In this document: positions 47,007 through 55,579 of the stretch, in pieces
Layout of the letters: the number at the start of each line of letters is the position of its first letter
Numbering within the stretch: the stretch's first letter is position 1
Origin: an uncultured Planctomycetia bacterium
Lineage (GTDB): Bacteria > Omnitrophota > Gorgyraeia > Duberdicusellales > 4484-171
Direction of reading: 5' to 3'
Length of the DNA stretch: 64,000 nucleotides
NCBI GenBank assembly: GCA_964629785.1
Contig: CAZVRU010000003.1
Location: forward strand, 2,740-66,739
Made by a program: the position numbers and the translations under genes
Notes under the pieces: generated by a model
What the model was told of the DNA's origin: nothing
The model's input: only the letters and a program-made list of their open reading frames with translations
Databases searched by the model: none

Positions 47007-47078
47007 CCTGCCCCGGACGTAGCTTCGGGGCCTGCCCCGGACGGAGCTTCGGGGCCTGCCCCGGACGGAGCTTCGGGG
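47007..47078. repeat. 3 x 24-bp tandem hairpin repeat CCTGCCCCGGACGKAGCTTCGGGG
   Basis: Units at 47007-47030, 47031-47054 and 47055-47078, each with a CCCCG/CGGGG stem. Single copies occur at 27501-27525 and 28858-28882. Confidence 0.85.
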
Positions 47079-47083
47079 ACGTC

Positions 47084-48781
47084 TCACGTCTTACGCTTGC
47101 GCGGGACGCGCTTGGCCCTTACTGCTCTCTTTATCCTATTAATATGTCCCCGGCCCATTCCTTTGACTTCGCAGCCCAGTTCGAAATAGCGGGTGATGGC
47201 TTTATCATCGAGTATGCCGAAACAGTCGATGATCGCCAGAGCTCCGCCGGCTGCTTTGACTACCTTTTCCGGTTTAAGGTCAAGATAAGCTTTGTGGCGC
47301 ACGGCAAAGACCAGGGCGTCGGCTCCTTTCAGGGACTTGAACAGTTCTTTTTCCACTTTGATGTCTTTCATTTTTTCCTGGTTGCGGAAAAAACGGCTGC
47401 GGGAGTGAGTGGCCGAAGGATAAAAATCCTGTTTTTCCAGTTCCAGCCAGTGGGCCACATAAGGGTCGTGGACCCGTGGTTCGGCTCCCATTTCGCTCAG
47501 TCTGCGGACCATTATCTCTGAGCCGCTGTAACGGGTATCGCCCACGTCTTCGCGGTAGGATATACCCAGGACATGGACCTCGGCAGCAGCAATCGGCCGG
47601 CCCATGTTGCGCAGAGCGTCGCGCACCAGCTGGGCAGCGTGCAGACCGCGGGTATCGTTGATATCGATAGCCAGAGGCGTGATCTTGAATATCTCGTCAT
47701 CGAATCCCATGATATGTTTATACGCCCATAATCCCAGACCGCCGTCTTTGGGCAGACAGTATCCGCCGATGCCCGGGCCGGGAAAGATCATATTGCTGTG
47801 GGTAGGACGCACCTTGATGGCATTGATCACTTTGATCAGGTCCACGCCGTTACGTTCGGCAAAAATGCTCCATTCGTCGAGAAAAGCAAGGATCGTGGCC
47901 CGGTAAGAATTTTCCACGATCTTGGCGGTTTCCGATTCGATGGGTTTATCCAGAACCGTGAGCGGGAATTTATCGGTGTTCAGTACTTCGTTAAGGAATT
48001 TCACTACTTTCTGTCTGGCTTTTTCATTGACCCCGGAACAGACCCGCCAGAAATCCCTGATACTGGCCACGTAATTGCGGCCGGGCATGACCCGTTCGTA
48101 ACTGTGGGCTAAAAGGGGATCGGATTTTATGCCTCTTTTCCTGAACACTTTGCTCATGATCGGGTAAGCGATCTGCTCGGTAGTGCCGGGCGGCACAGTG
48201 GTCTCGATCAATACCAAAGCTTTAGCCTGGATCTTAGAGGCGATCACCTCCAGGGCCCCTTCCAGAGCCACGATATCGGCATTGCCGGTGCGCACATTGC
48301 CCAGTGATTCTTTCAGATAATCGCACTGCACGTCGACTACCACCACGTCGGCCAGGGAAAGCACGTCATAGGTAAAAGTGGCCATCAAGGTCTTTTTCCT
48401 GTTGACGCAGCGGTCGATCATCACGTCCACTTCCGGGTCTTCGGACTTTACCGGGGAAAGACCTTTGTTCAGATAATGTATTTTCCAGTAGCTGCGGGTA
48501 GAAGGTCTCTGCATGCCGATGACGAATTTGGAAGGTTTGCCTTTTTTATCGGTAGTATCGGCGACAATGGCAGCCATGACCGCGCCCACAAAGCCCACGC
48601 CCATGACCACTACGATCTCCTGTCCTTTGGCCCTGTGTCCGGCCACTATTTTTTTAAGACGGGCGAACTCTTTTTTATAATCCTGTTCTGTGGGCAGAGG
48701 GTATTTATTACCTGCCGGGTCAACAGAAAACTGTTTTGCCATGATATCCTCCTTTTGGTCCTTTGCCTGAGCCTTAGCCAA
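47084..48781 (-). CDS. nucleotide-sugar (UDP-glucose/GDP-mannose family) dehydrogenase
   Basis: NAD-binding VVMGVGFVGAVMA and catalytic Cys motif GGYCLPKD. Start uncertain (alternative ATG at 48742). Confidence 0.8.
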   Translation of the reverse strand: MAKAQAKDQKEDIMAKQFSVDPAGNKYPLPTEQDYKKEFARLKKIVAGHRAKGQEIVVVMGVGFVGAVMAAIVADTTDKKGKPSKFVIGMQRPSTRSYWKIHYLNKGLSPVKSEDPEVDVMIDRCVNRKKTLMATFTYDVLSLADVVVVDVQCDYLKESLGNVRTGNADIVALEGALEVIASKIQAKALVLIETTVPPGTTEQIAYPIMSKVFRKRGIKSDPLLAHSYERVMPGRNYVASIRDFWRVCSGVNEKARQKVVKFLNEVLNTDKFPLTVLDKPIESETAKIVENSYRATILAFLDEWSIFAERNGVDLIKVINAIKVRPTHSNMIFPGPGIGGYCLPKDGGLGLWAYKHIMGFDDEIFKITPLAIDINDTRGLHAAQLVRDALRNMGRPIAAAEVHVLGISYREDVGDTRYSGSEIMVRRLSEMGAEPRVHDPYVAHWLELEKQDFYPSATHSRSRFFRNQEKMKDIKVEKELFKSLKGADALVFAVRHKAYLDLKPEKVVKAAGGALAIIDCFGILDDKAITRYFELGCEVKGMGRGHINRIKRAVRAKRVPRKRKT

Positions 48782-48898
48782 TACATCAAATACTATAGAC
48801 TATTTTTAAAGCTTTTCATTATAACAGGCTAAGGCGGCAAAGGCCAGTGGTTAGCGTTTCGACATACTTAGGGGAGCCTCAGAATAAAACATAAAAGA

Positions 48899-50617
48899 TC
48901 AGGCTTGGCGGACCAGGCACTGGCCCTGGCAGGAATGACGCAGCAAGGAAATGATGTCATGGCGGGATTCGGCAGAGTGCAAAGCCTGGCGCAAAGAAAC
49001 ATTGCTCATCAGCCGGGCCAGGCCGGAAAGGATATTGACCTGCAGATCGTCTTCGCCGGCAGGAGTAAGGATAAGAAAAACGAACCGGGCCGGTTTTCCG
49101 TCAGGAGAATTCCAGTCGATGCCTTCCCGGGCGCGGCCCAGGGCAATAAAAGGGCGGCGCAGAAAATCAAGACGGGCATGAGGCAAAGCAATACCTTCTT
49201 CGATGGCAGTTCCCATGGCCTGTTCTCTTTGCAGTACGGCCGGACATATCCGATCGCTGTCCAGCTCTTCTTCCCGACAGAGAACCCGGCACAATTCTTC
49301 GATGGCCTGTTCACGGTTTTGGGCGCCCAGTTCGGCAATGATAGCCCGTTTCGAAAAAAATTCCAGTAAAGAGATCTCTTTGCGGCGGCGCAGGGCCGCG
49401 TTCATCCAGGGGCCGAGCAAAACCGACGAGACCACTGCTCCGGTAACGATGGCCACGAACACCGGTTCGGTGATCAGGCCGTATTCCAGGGCCAGGATAC
49501 TGACCACGATCTGCATTTCGCCTCCCGGAGTATGGGCAATAGAGATCAAAGCGTGGTTGGCTTTAGGCTGGCGGGTAAGGCGCACGCCCAGCCAGGCGCC
49601 GATATAACGGCCGAAAGTTCCGATAAAAACGATGAGCAGTACCAGGGGCAGGTGGAAATTTCGGAGAAAATCTATTTTCAGACCGATATTGGCAAAGAAC
49701 AAAGGAATGAACAATGACTGGACCATCTGGGAAATGATGTTACGGGTCTTTTCCGTTAAATGCGTTGCTTCGCCGGCCATCATCCCGGCAATAAAAAACC
49801 CGAACAAAGCATGAATGCCGATCTTTAAAGTAATGATGCCGCAGAGGGCGCCGAGCAGGGAAACGAAAGTAAGCGAAGCTGCCGGTTCAGGGATCCTGAG
49901 CCGGGAAAAACGAGAGATGACTATATCCGACAGGCGGCGGCCGCCGGTAAGGCAGACAAAAGTAAACAGCAGCGTGCCTGCCAGGATCAGGGCCGCGCCG
50001 GCTGCGTCAGGCGAGGCCTGGGTAACGAAACCGAGCACGATTGTAAAAATAACCCAGCCGATGATATCGTTCAGGGAAAGAGCGCCCATGATCAGAAAAC
50101 CCATGTCGGTCTTAAACAGTTTAAGGTCCTGCAATACCCGGGCCGTGACCGGTAAAGCGCTGATGGTCATGATCGTGGCCAGAAATACCGCGAACAGCAG
50201 ACGCCGGGTTGGATCGCCTATGAACTGATCGGGTATGAACAAGGCCGGGACAAAGGCGATAAGCATGGGAACGATCACGTCGGTAAGCGAGATTTTCAGG
50301 GCATCGCCGCGCTGGCGCCAGGCACTGGAAAAATCCATTTCCAGGCCGGTCTTGAGCAAAAAGAAAAGAATGCCGATCCAGGCCACTGTCTCCAGCATGT
50401 TCTGCTGGACAAGGTCAGGCGGAAAAAGCGTCTGCCAGAGAGAAGGCGAGACCCGGCCCAGTATCGTAGGACCGAGCAAAATCCCCACCAGGATCTCGGC
50501 AGTGATGGACGGCTGATTGAATCTGCGGAACAGTTCGCCGAACAGCCGGGCCAGGCCCAGAAGCAGCAGGACCTGCACCAGAAAAATAAGAATATGCTGT
50601 TCGCTCAGGTAATGCAT
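48899..50617 (-). CDS. cation/H+ antiporter (CPA2/Kef-type) fused to a PTS EIIA(Ntr/Fru)-type domain
   Basis: About 390 aa of polytopic membrane domain. The C-terminal ~150 aa carries GTAIEEGIALPHARL (the EIIA_2 phospho-His context). Confidence 0.75.
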   Translation of the reverse strand: MHYLSEQHILIFLVQVLLLLGLARLFGELFRRFNQPSITAEILVGILLGPTILGRVSPSLWQTLFPPDLVQQNMLETVAWIGILFFLLKTGLEMDFSSAWRQRGDALKISLTDVIVPMLIAFVPALFIPDQFIGDPTRRLLFAVFLATIMTISALPVTARVLQDLKLFKTDMGFLIMGALSLNDIIGWVIFTIVLGFVTQASPDAAGAALILAGTLLFTFVCLTGGRRLSDIVISRFSRLRIPEPAASLTFVSLLGALCGIITLKIGIHALFGFFIAGMMAGEATHLTEKTRNIISQMVQSLFIPLFFANIGLKIDFLRNFHLPLVLLIVFIGTFGRYIGAWLGVRLTRQPKANHALISIAHTPGGEMQIVVSILALEYGLITEPVFVAIVTGAVVSSVLLGPWMNAALRRRKEISLLEFFSKRAIIAELGAQNREQAIEELCRVLCREEELDSDRICPAVLQREQAMGTAIEEGIALPHARLDFLRRPFIALGRAREGIDWNSPDGKPARFVFLILTPAGEDDLQVNILSGLARLMSNVSLRQALHSAESRHDIISLLRHSCQGQCLVRQA

Positions 50618-50858
50618 TTCAAGCTCACGAATTTTTAAGTAAACTTTATCTTTAGCGGCCGGGTATTTTATCCCCCATACCGCCGGCTTTCAGAGCTTGG
50701 GCCTTTTGAAAATCCCTGACCGCCTGTCCGGTCACAGTGCCGGTCTTTACCTTCCTTTTTTTCTATTGCCCGGTCAACTACCGGCCGGTGGACATTATTC
50801 TACCCTTGTTTAAAAAATGTTCAATGGAAATCGAAGGGAAAAAGAGCTGAAAACCCGA

Positions 50859-50894
50859 TAAAAAAAACCTGCCTCGCCGGCAAGGCGGGCAGGT
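50859..50894 (-). terminator. Rho-independent terminator after rubrerythrin
   Basis: Stem ACCTGCCTCGCC / GGCGGGCAGGT. On the minus strand it is followed by T8. Confidence 0.8.
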
Positions 50895-50922
50895 TGTATT
50901 TATCATTTCCGGGATAGGCAGG

Positions 50923-51501
50923 TCAATAATTTTCGGCCAGTACTTCGTAATAGCCCTGGGGATGCCGGCAGGCCGGGCATTCTTTAGGCGCTTCGGCACC
51001 TTCTACCACATAACCGCAGTTGCGGCAATGCCATCTGACCGGTCCCTTTTTTTGGAACACCGCCTTGTCGGCGATATTCTGAGCCAGTTTGCGGTAGCGG
51101 GTCTCATGGGCTTTTTCCACTTTGGCGATCTGCTCGAAAGAACGGGCGATCTCGTCAAAGCCTTCGTCTCTGGCCTCTCTGGCAAAATCGCTGTAAAGCG
51201 TGGTCCATTCCAGGTTCTCGCCGGCAGCGGCTTCTTCCAGGTTGGCTCTGGTGTCTTTGATCATTCCGGCCGGATAAGAAGCGGTTATTTCCACGTCGCC
51301 GCCTTCCAGATATTTGAAAAAGACTTTGGCATGTTCTTTTTCGTTTTCCGCTGTCTCCAGAAACAGAGCCGCGATCTGTTCATAACCTTCTTTTTTCGCG
51401 GCACTGGCAAAATAAGTGTAGCGGTTGCGGGCCTGCGATTCGCCGGCAAAAGCTTTGAGCAGGTTCTGTTCGGTTTTGGTGCCTTTCAGTGTTTTGGCCA
51501 T
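50923..51501 (-). CDS. rbr: rubrerythrin
   Basis: Ferritin-like ExxH pairs plus C-terminal rubredoxin CRNCG...CPAC. Confidence 0.9.
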   Translation of the reverse strand: MAKTLKGTKTEQNLLKAFAGESQARNRYTYFASAAKKEGYEQIAALFLETAENEKEHAKVFFKYLEGGDVEITASYPAGMIKDTRANLEEAAAGENLEWTTLYSDFAREARDEGFDEIARSFEQIAKVEKAHETRYRKLAQNIADKAVFQKKGPVRWHCRNCGYVVEGAEAPKECPACRHPQGYYEVLAENY

Positions 51502-51526
51502 ATAAGTCCTCCTTATCTGTTCAGGT

Positions 51527-51868
51527 TCAGGTACTGCTGCCGTGACGGTATTTGACTACCGTGACTTTTTCCATGGTGACCAGACCTTCGGTGACTGTTT
51601 CGTCTAAAAAAGGAAGCAGTTTGTTAAGGTTCTCTTCACTGTCGACCAGTTCGATCACTACCGGCAGGTCTTGGGAAAGGCGCAGCAGTTTGGCAGTATG
51701 CATGCGGCTGGTAGCGCCGAAACCCATGATGCCCCTGAGCACAGTGGCCCCGGCCAGGTTCAGTTCCCGCGCTTTCAGCACTATCTGTTCGTATAACGGC
51801 TTGCCTTTCAGCTGATCGCTTTCTCCCACAAAAACTCTCAATAACATTCCCTGTCCCGACAATTTCAT
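51527..51868 (-). CDS. DUF190 (UPF0166) protein
   Basis: LRVFVGESD...PLYEQIV...AGATVLRGIMGFG pattern. Typical crcB neighbour. Confidence 0.75.
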   Translation of the reverse strand: MKLSGQGMLLRVFVGESDQLKGKPLYEQIVLKARELNLAGATVLRGIMGFGATSRMHTAKLLRLSQDLPVVIELVDSEENLNKLLPFLDETVTEGLVTMEKVTVVKYRHGSST

Positions 51869-51881
51869 GAATACTCCTTTT

Positions 51882-52268
51882 TTATCTGCTCATACCCAGG
51901 AAATACCGGGCAGCAAAAAAACCGCCATAGACCACCACAATACCCAGCACATTACTGGCAAAAATATTGACCAGGGCCAGACCTGTCTCCCCGTCCCGTA
52001 ACAGACTGAAATTTTCCAGGGCAAAAGTGGAAAAAGTAGTAAAAGCGCCCAGCAGACCGACGAAGATCAGCAACTTAAAATGGGAGGAAAAAGAGGCCAC
52101 TTCACTGATGCCCCACAACAGGCCGATGACAAAAGCCCCGGCCAGGTTGACGCATAAAGTGCCCCAGGGAAATATTCCCGGCACAAAACGGTGGGTCAGA
52201 CCGGACAGCCAGTAACGCAGTACTGCGCCCACGGCTCCGCCTGCAGCTATCCATGCGATCCTGATCAT
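51882..52268 (-). CDS. crcB: fluoride channel CrcB (128 aa from the ATG at 52268)
   Basis: GGAVGAVLRYW...WGTLCVNLAGAFVIG...GAFTTFSTF. The longer track ORF is an antisense artefact of the Gly-rich RRM tail. Confidence 0.85.
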   Translation of the reverse strand: MIRIAWIAAGGAVGAVLRYWLSGLTHRFVPGIFPWGTLCVNLAGAFVIGLLWGISEVASFSSHFKLLIFVGLLGAFTTFSTFALENFSLLRDGETGLALVNIFASNVLGIVVVYGGFFAARYFLGMSR

Positions 52269-52343
52269 CGAAAAATACCTGCCTTTTTTTTCAGGGTTTC
52301 CTACAATTGTAGTATTGTTTGCCGGAAACAGCAAGCCTTTCCA

Positions 52344-52379
52344 TAAAAAAAGCACAGGAAGCAAGATGCCTCCTGTGCT
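52344..52379 (-). terminator. Rho-independent terminator after the RRM protein gene
   Basis: Perfect 9-bp stem AGCACAGGA / TCCTGTGCT. On the minus strand it is followed by T7. Confidence 0.85.
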
Positions 52380-52404
52380 CTGATCTTCGGGGAAAATAAA
52401 CAGC

Positions 52405-52743
52405 TTACCAGCTGTTTCCGCGTCCGCCGCCGCCGTAGCCGCCGCGTCCGCCGCCGAAACCGCCGCCGCCGCGATTATCCCGGCGCGGTTCACGCTTCTG
52501 GGCCTTGCTGGCCTTCAAAGTGCGGCCGTTGACTTCTTTGCCATTGAGAAAATCAATAGCTTTCTGAGCGTCTTCTTCAGTGCTGAATTCCGCGAAACCG
52601 AAACCTTTCGGTCTGCCGGAAAATTTATCCTTGATAAGGCTCACTGACTGGACAGATATGCCGTTTTCTTCCAGAAGGTTCTTTACTTCGTCTTCACTCG
52701 TGCTGTATTCCAGGTTTCCAATATAAATCTTTTTTTCTTCCAT
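52405..52743 (-). CDS. RRM-type RNA-binding protein with Gly/Arg-rich tail
   Basis: RNP2 KIYIGNL, RNP1 KGFGFAEF, and a C-terminal RGGGGFGGGRGGYGGGGRG tail. Confidence 0.9.
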   Translation of the reverse strand: MEEKKIYIGNLEYSTSEDEVKNLLEENGISVQSVSLIKDKFSGRPKGFGFAEFSTEEDAQKAIDFLNGKEVNGRTLKASKAQKREPRRDNRGGGGFGGGRGGYGGGGRGNSW

Positions 52744-52845
52744 TTTCTTTCTTCCTCTTTTTCTTAAACTGAAATTAACTTTTGATCTTCCCTTTTCAAA
52801 AAACTTTTCTCTTTACTACTTCTGCATATACGCACACACTCCTTT

Positions 52846-53349
52846 TTACTCGATCGAAACGATCTTGACTTGAAAATTCAATGTCTTACCCGCGAGAGGA
52901 TGATTCAAATCGAGAATAACCGATTCGTTCTTTACCTCACTGACCTTTACGGGAAGACTCTGCCCATTCGGTCCCTGGAGCTGAAGATACATACCGACGT
53001 GCGGTTCCAACCCCTGAGGCAGCATTTTTTTGGGAACCTCCTTTAGTGCCTCGGGATTTACCTGGCCGTAGCCCTCCTCAGGCAGGACCGTAATTGTTTT
53101 CTCCTCACCGATCTTTAATCCTTCCATCTGACGGTCAAGACCGGGAATGATCTGGCCGCTACCCTGAACATAGTTCAGGGGATCGCGCCCTTCGGAACTG
53201 TCGACAATTTCGTTGTCCACGGTAAGCGTGTACGCAAAAGCGACTTTTTTCCCTGTGCTGATCATCTTATCCCCCTCTTCTGTTGCATAAGCTGTTATGT
53301 TAACAATACAGGCAAATATCACCAGGATCGCTGTTATCAGCTGCTTCAT
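52846..53349 (-). CDS. FKBP-type peptidyl-prolyl isomerase (SlyD-like fold) with signal peptide
   Basis: FAYTLTVD...PLNYVQGSGQIIPGLDRQMEGLKIGE...HPLAGKTLNFQVKIV. Signal peptide from the ATG at 53349. Confidence 0.8.
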   Translation of the reverse strand: MKQLITAILVIFACIVNITAYATEEGDKMISTGKKVAFAYTLTVDNEIVDSSEGRDPLNYVQGSGQIIPGLDRQMEGLKIGEEKTITVLPEEGYGQVNPEALKEVPKKMLPQGLEPHVGMYLQLQGPNGQSLPVKVSEVKNESVILDLNHPLAGKTLNFQVKIVSIE

Positions 53350-53522
53350 AAATCGCTTCCTCTCTGTCACTTCCCACCTATAAAAAAAAGCCGCGTATCC
53401 AGCTGGTATCTTGGAACTTTGCGGCTTCAAGATATCTTCACACAAGGCCGTTTTGTTACGGTATTATGGTACTCTTTTTAAAATCTTTGTCAATATATTT
53501 TCGCCGGCCGACACCCCGGACC

Positions 53523-54155
53523 TCACCCCTCTCCCGGCCCGGCTGATGCGTCCCGGCCCACGAATAAAAGGGGAAATACTATATCGCTGACGCAGCAGGG
53601 CAGCCATACCGAAACGAATAAAAACAGGAAAAGGGCCGCATACCCCCCGGCCGACAAAGAAGTGCCGATCGCGGCCAGCAGGTGGAACAAAGAAGCCCAG
53701 GTACTTAAAAAAACATGTCCGTAATGAGGAAATCTGGTAGTGGGATTATGATAGGCGATCATGACCCCCAGTATTGCCAGGGGATTGATCAGCCACCATT
53801 TTTCGATAAACCCGATATGGGCGTGACGATGCGGCATATTGAGCAGTATTTCACCGGCATAAGGTATCAGCGAATCGCTCAAGGTGGCGATACCGATAGA
53901 ACCGACATAGCCGATGACCATCAGAACCCAGATATTGCAGCGGCTGAATCTGCCGCATTTATGGCGCTGGTACATGGCGGCCGTGACCATGGCGCTCAAT
54001 AAGACATGAATAGGGTGGAAGGTATAAAAAAGGTTGAGGGACATCTCCCGGGAAATAGTCCGCAGCAAAAACATCAGCACGATTCCGGATAAGGCCCCCA
54101 GGGCCGTAAACGGCGCGTGATCTTTTAATTCGCCTAAGATAGTCCTGACTATCAT
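53523..54155 (-). CDS. hypothetical polytopic His-rich membrane protein
   Basis: About 6 hydrophobic helices and several HxH/HH clusters. No family recognised. Confidence 0.5.
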   Translation of the reverse strand: MIVRTILGELKDHAPFTALGALSGIVLMFLLRTISREMSLNLFYTFHPIHVLLSAMVTAAMYQRHKCGRFSRCNIWVLMVIGYVGSIGIATLSDSLIPYAGEILLNMPHRHAHIGFIEKWWLINPLAILGVMIAYHNPTTRFPHYGHVFLSTWASLFHLLAAIGTSLSAGGYAALFLFLFVSVWLPCCVSDIVFPLLFVGRDASAGPGEG

Positions 54156-54221
54156 AATTATTTTTTACCTGCCGGAGATCCCGATTATTCACTCTAACAA
54201 AATTTGAAAATCTGTCAAGAC

Positions 54222-54265
54222 GGCAAAAATAAAGGCGCTCTTCCCTCTCCGGAAAGAGCGCCTTT
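54222..54265 (-). terminator. Rho-independent terminator after the micro-ORF
   Basis: 12-bp stem AAAGGCGCTCTT / AAGAGCGCCTTT. On the minus strand it is followed by TTTATTTTT. Confidence 0.75.
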
Positions 54266-54281
54266 TACCGCACCAAGATGG

Positions 54282-54359
54282 TTACTTTTTCTTCTTTGCC
54301 TTCGCTTTAGGTTTCGCTGCCTTCTTGGGTGCTGCTTTCGCACATGCCTTCTTCGCCAT
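54282..54359 (-). CDS. candidate 25-aa Lys/Ala-rich micro-protein MAKKACAKAAPKKAAKPKAKAKKKK
   Basis: GGAGGTG RBS 5 nt upstream and its own terminator 17 nt downstream. Not in the ORF track because it is too short. Confidence 0.35.
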   Translation of the reverse strand: MAKKACAKAAPKKAAKPKAKAKKKK

Positions 54360-54453
54360 TCCGCCACCTCCTCTGACAAAAAGTTAATATATGTAGATAA
54401 AGGTAACTCCCCCTGCGGCGGATAAACCGCCGGCATTTTTCCCTTAGCAGACG

Positions 54454-54786
54454 TTATTCCGTATCATCGTCATAATAATAAAGTTCTTCGTCTTCCAGAG
54501 ATCCGTTATATTCGTAATCTACAGCCTGCGGTCCCGCGGCAGTATCTTCGATAAAAATGGTGACGTTGTCACCGATATCGAAGTAAGCTTCTTCCACTAA
54601 TTCCGGGGTAGTGATGATCTTCTCTTCGTCGACGACTATATAACCGCCGGCGGAATCGATCTCCCGGATCACACCGCTCACGCTTTTCATACCCTGGGGG
54701 CCTTCGTCTTCTCCGGCCGGAGCAAAAGCAAAACCGCCCAGGGAACAAACCATTATCAGCGAAAATATCACTATCTTTTTATACAT
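54454..54786 (-). CDS. small secreted protein with acidic YYYDDD tail
   Basis: AAAGGAG RBS before the ATG at 54786, a signal peptide, and a C-terminal EELYYYDDDTE. Confidence 0.55.
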   Translation of the reverse strand: MYKKIVIFSLIMVCSLGGFAFAPAGEDEGPQGMKSVSGVIREIDSAGGYIVVDEEKIITTPELVEEAYFDIGDNVTIFIEDTAAGPQAVDYEYNGSLEDEELYYYDDDTE

Positions 54787-54809
54787 CGTTTTCTCCTTTT
54801 CTAAATTCA

Positions 54810-55022
54810 TTACATGCAATCCTCGTCATCTTCCTCTTCGTCGTCGTCTCTGTAATAAGAATCGTCATTTTCGACTGAAGCCTCCAGAACCGGCGGTTCC
54901 AGGCTTACCACTCTCAGCTCTTCGTAGCATTCGGAACAATAAGTGAAATCATTGACTTCCAGATCTTCTTCCATCTGAAATGTTTTTTTGCATAAAGGAC
55001 ATTTGGCCATTTTCTCTCCCAT
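54810..55022 (-). CDS. LysW-like zinc-ribbon protein with poly-acidic tail (70 aa)
   Basis: CPLC...CSEC...ELRVVSLEPPVLE mirrors LysW (CPECG...CEDCGAELEVV..P..LE). AAAGGAGG RBS before the ATG at 55022. Tail is YYRDDDEEEDDEDCM. Confidence 0.5.
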   Translation of the reverse strand: MGEKMAKCPLCKKTFQMEEDLEVNDFTYCSECYEELRVVSLEPPVLEASVENDDSYYRDDDEEEDDEDCM

Positions 55023-55074
55023 AACAGCCTCCTTTTTAACTAACATTTTTTTCTTACAGTCACCGGCTAAAAGA

Positions 55075-55416
55075 TCAATTTCCCTGATCTTGTCTTTCTT
55101 TGCTCAACCTCCTTCTGTCATTGCCAAAAACTTCCAGATCACCAAAATGCGAAACTAAAAAAGCGACTATTTTACCCTGAGCAGTTTCCTCCTTTTTATT
55201 CAATGTATAATAGACAAGATTGCCCACCCTTCTGTCCACGACCATCTTCAACAGCCTTAACTGAGCAAGATGTTTGGAAATAGTCGGCTGACTGCGCTGC
55301 AATAATAAACATATTTCCCCTACGGTCAATACGTTCCCGTTAAGGATATTGAGGATCCGCAATCTGGTGTCTTCGCCGCAACCTTTTAATATCTGCCGTA
55401 GAACCCTTAAAGTCAT
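55075..55416 (-). CDS. ArsR/SmtB family transcriptional regulator
   Basis: GEDTRLRILNIL...LTVGEICLLLQRSQPTISKHL wHTH. Confidence 0.8.
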   Translation of the reverse strand: MTLRVLRQILKGCGEDTRLRILNILNGNVLTVGEICLLLQRSQPTISKHLAQLRLLKMVVDRRVGNLVYYTLNKKEETAQGKIVAFLVSHFGDLEVFGNDRRRLSKERQDQGN

Positions 55417-55579
55417 AATCTCCGATCCGGTAAAGTATATTCTTTTATTCGTATATACTAATCTACTTAAATTCTACACCGGGCTTAACCGCTGTCAAGA
55501 ATTTTTCAAAGATTTTTTACTGAAAAAGCAGGCTGTTTAAAAGCGGGAAGAGGGCCGGAAAAAGAACCCCAAAAAGAGA

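Noticed and set aside
47007-47078. A CRISPR array. The same idea was considered for the repeats at 304-389, 13346-13395 and 23026-23094.
   Set aside because: The repeats are either directly adjacent with no spacers, or only 8-16 bp long with 9-70 bp gaps and two to five copies. No cas genes are present.
46944-47189. An 81-aa plus-strand ORF with a PAPDGASG repeat.
   Set aside because: It is simply a translation of the 24-bp tandem hairpin repeat. There is no RBS, and it overlaps the dehydrogenase 3' end.
52269-52343. A possible fluoride riboswitch (crcB motif) upstream of crcB.
   Set aside because: The 75-nt leader (GGAAAGGCUUGCUGUUUCC hairpin, then an A-rich tract) shows none of the conserved crcB-motif segments I remember (GGxGAUG...AACCGCC...CUGAUGAU). 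An Infernal scan would be the decisive check.
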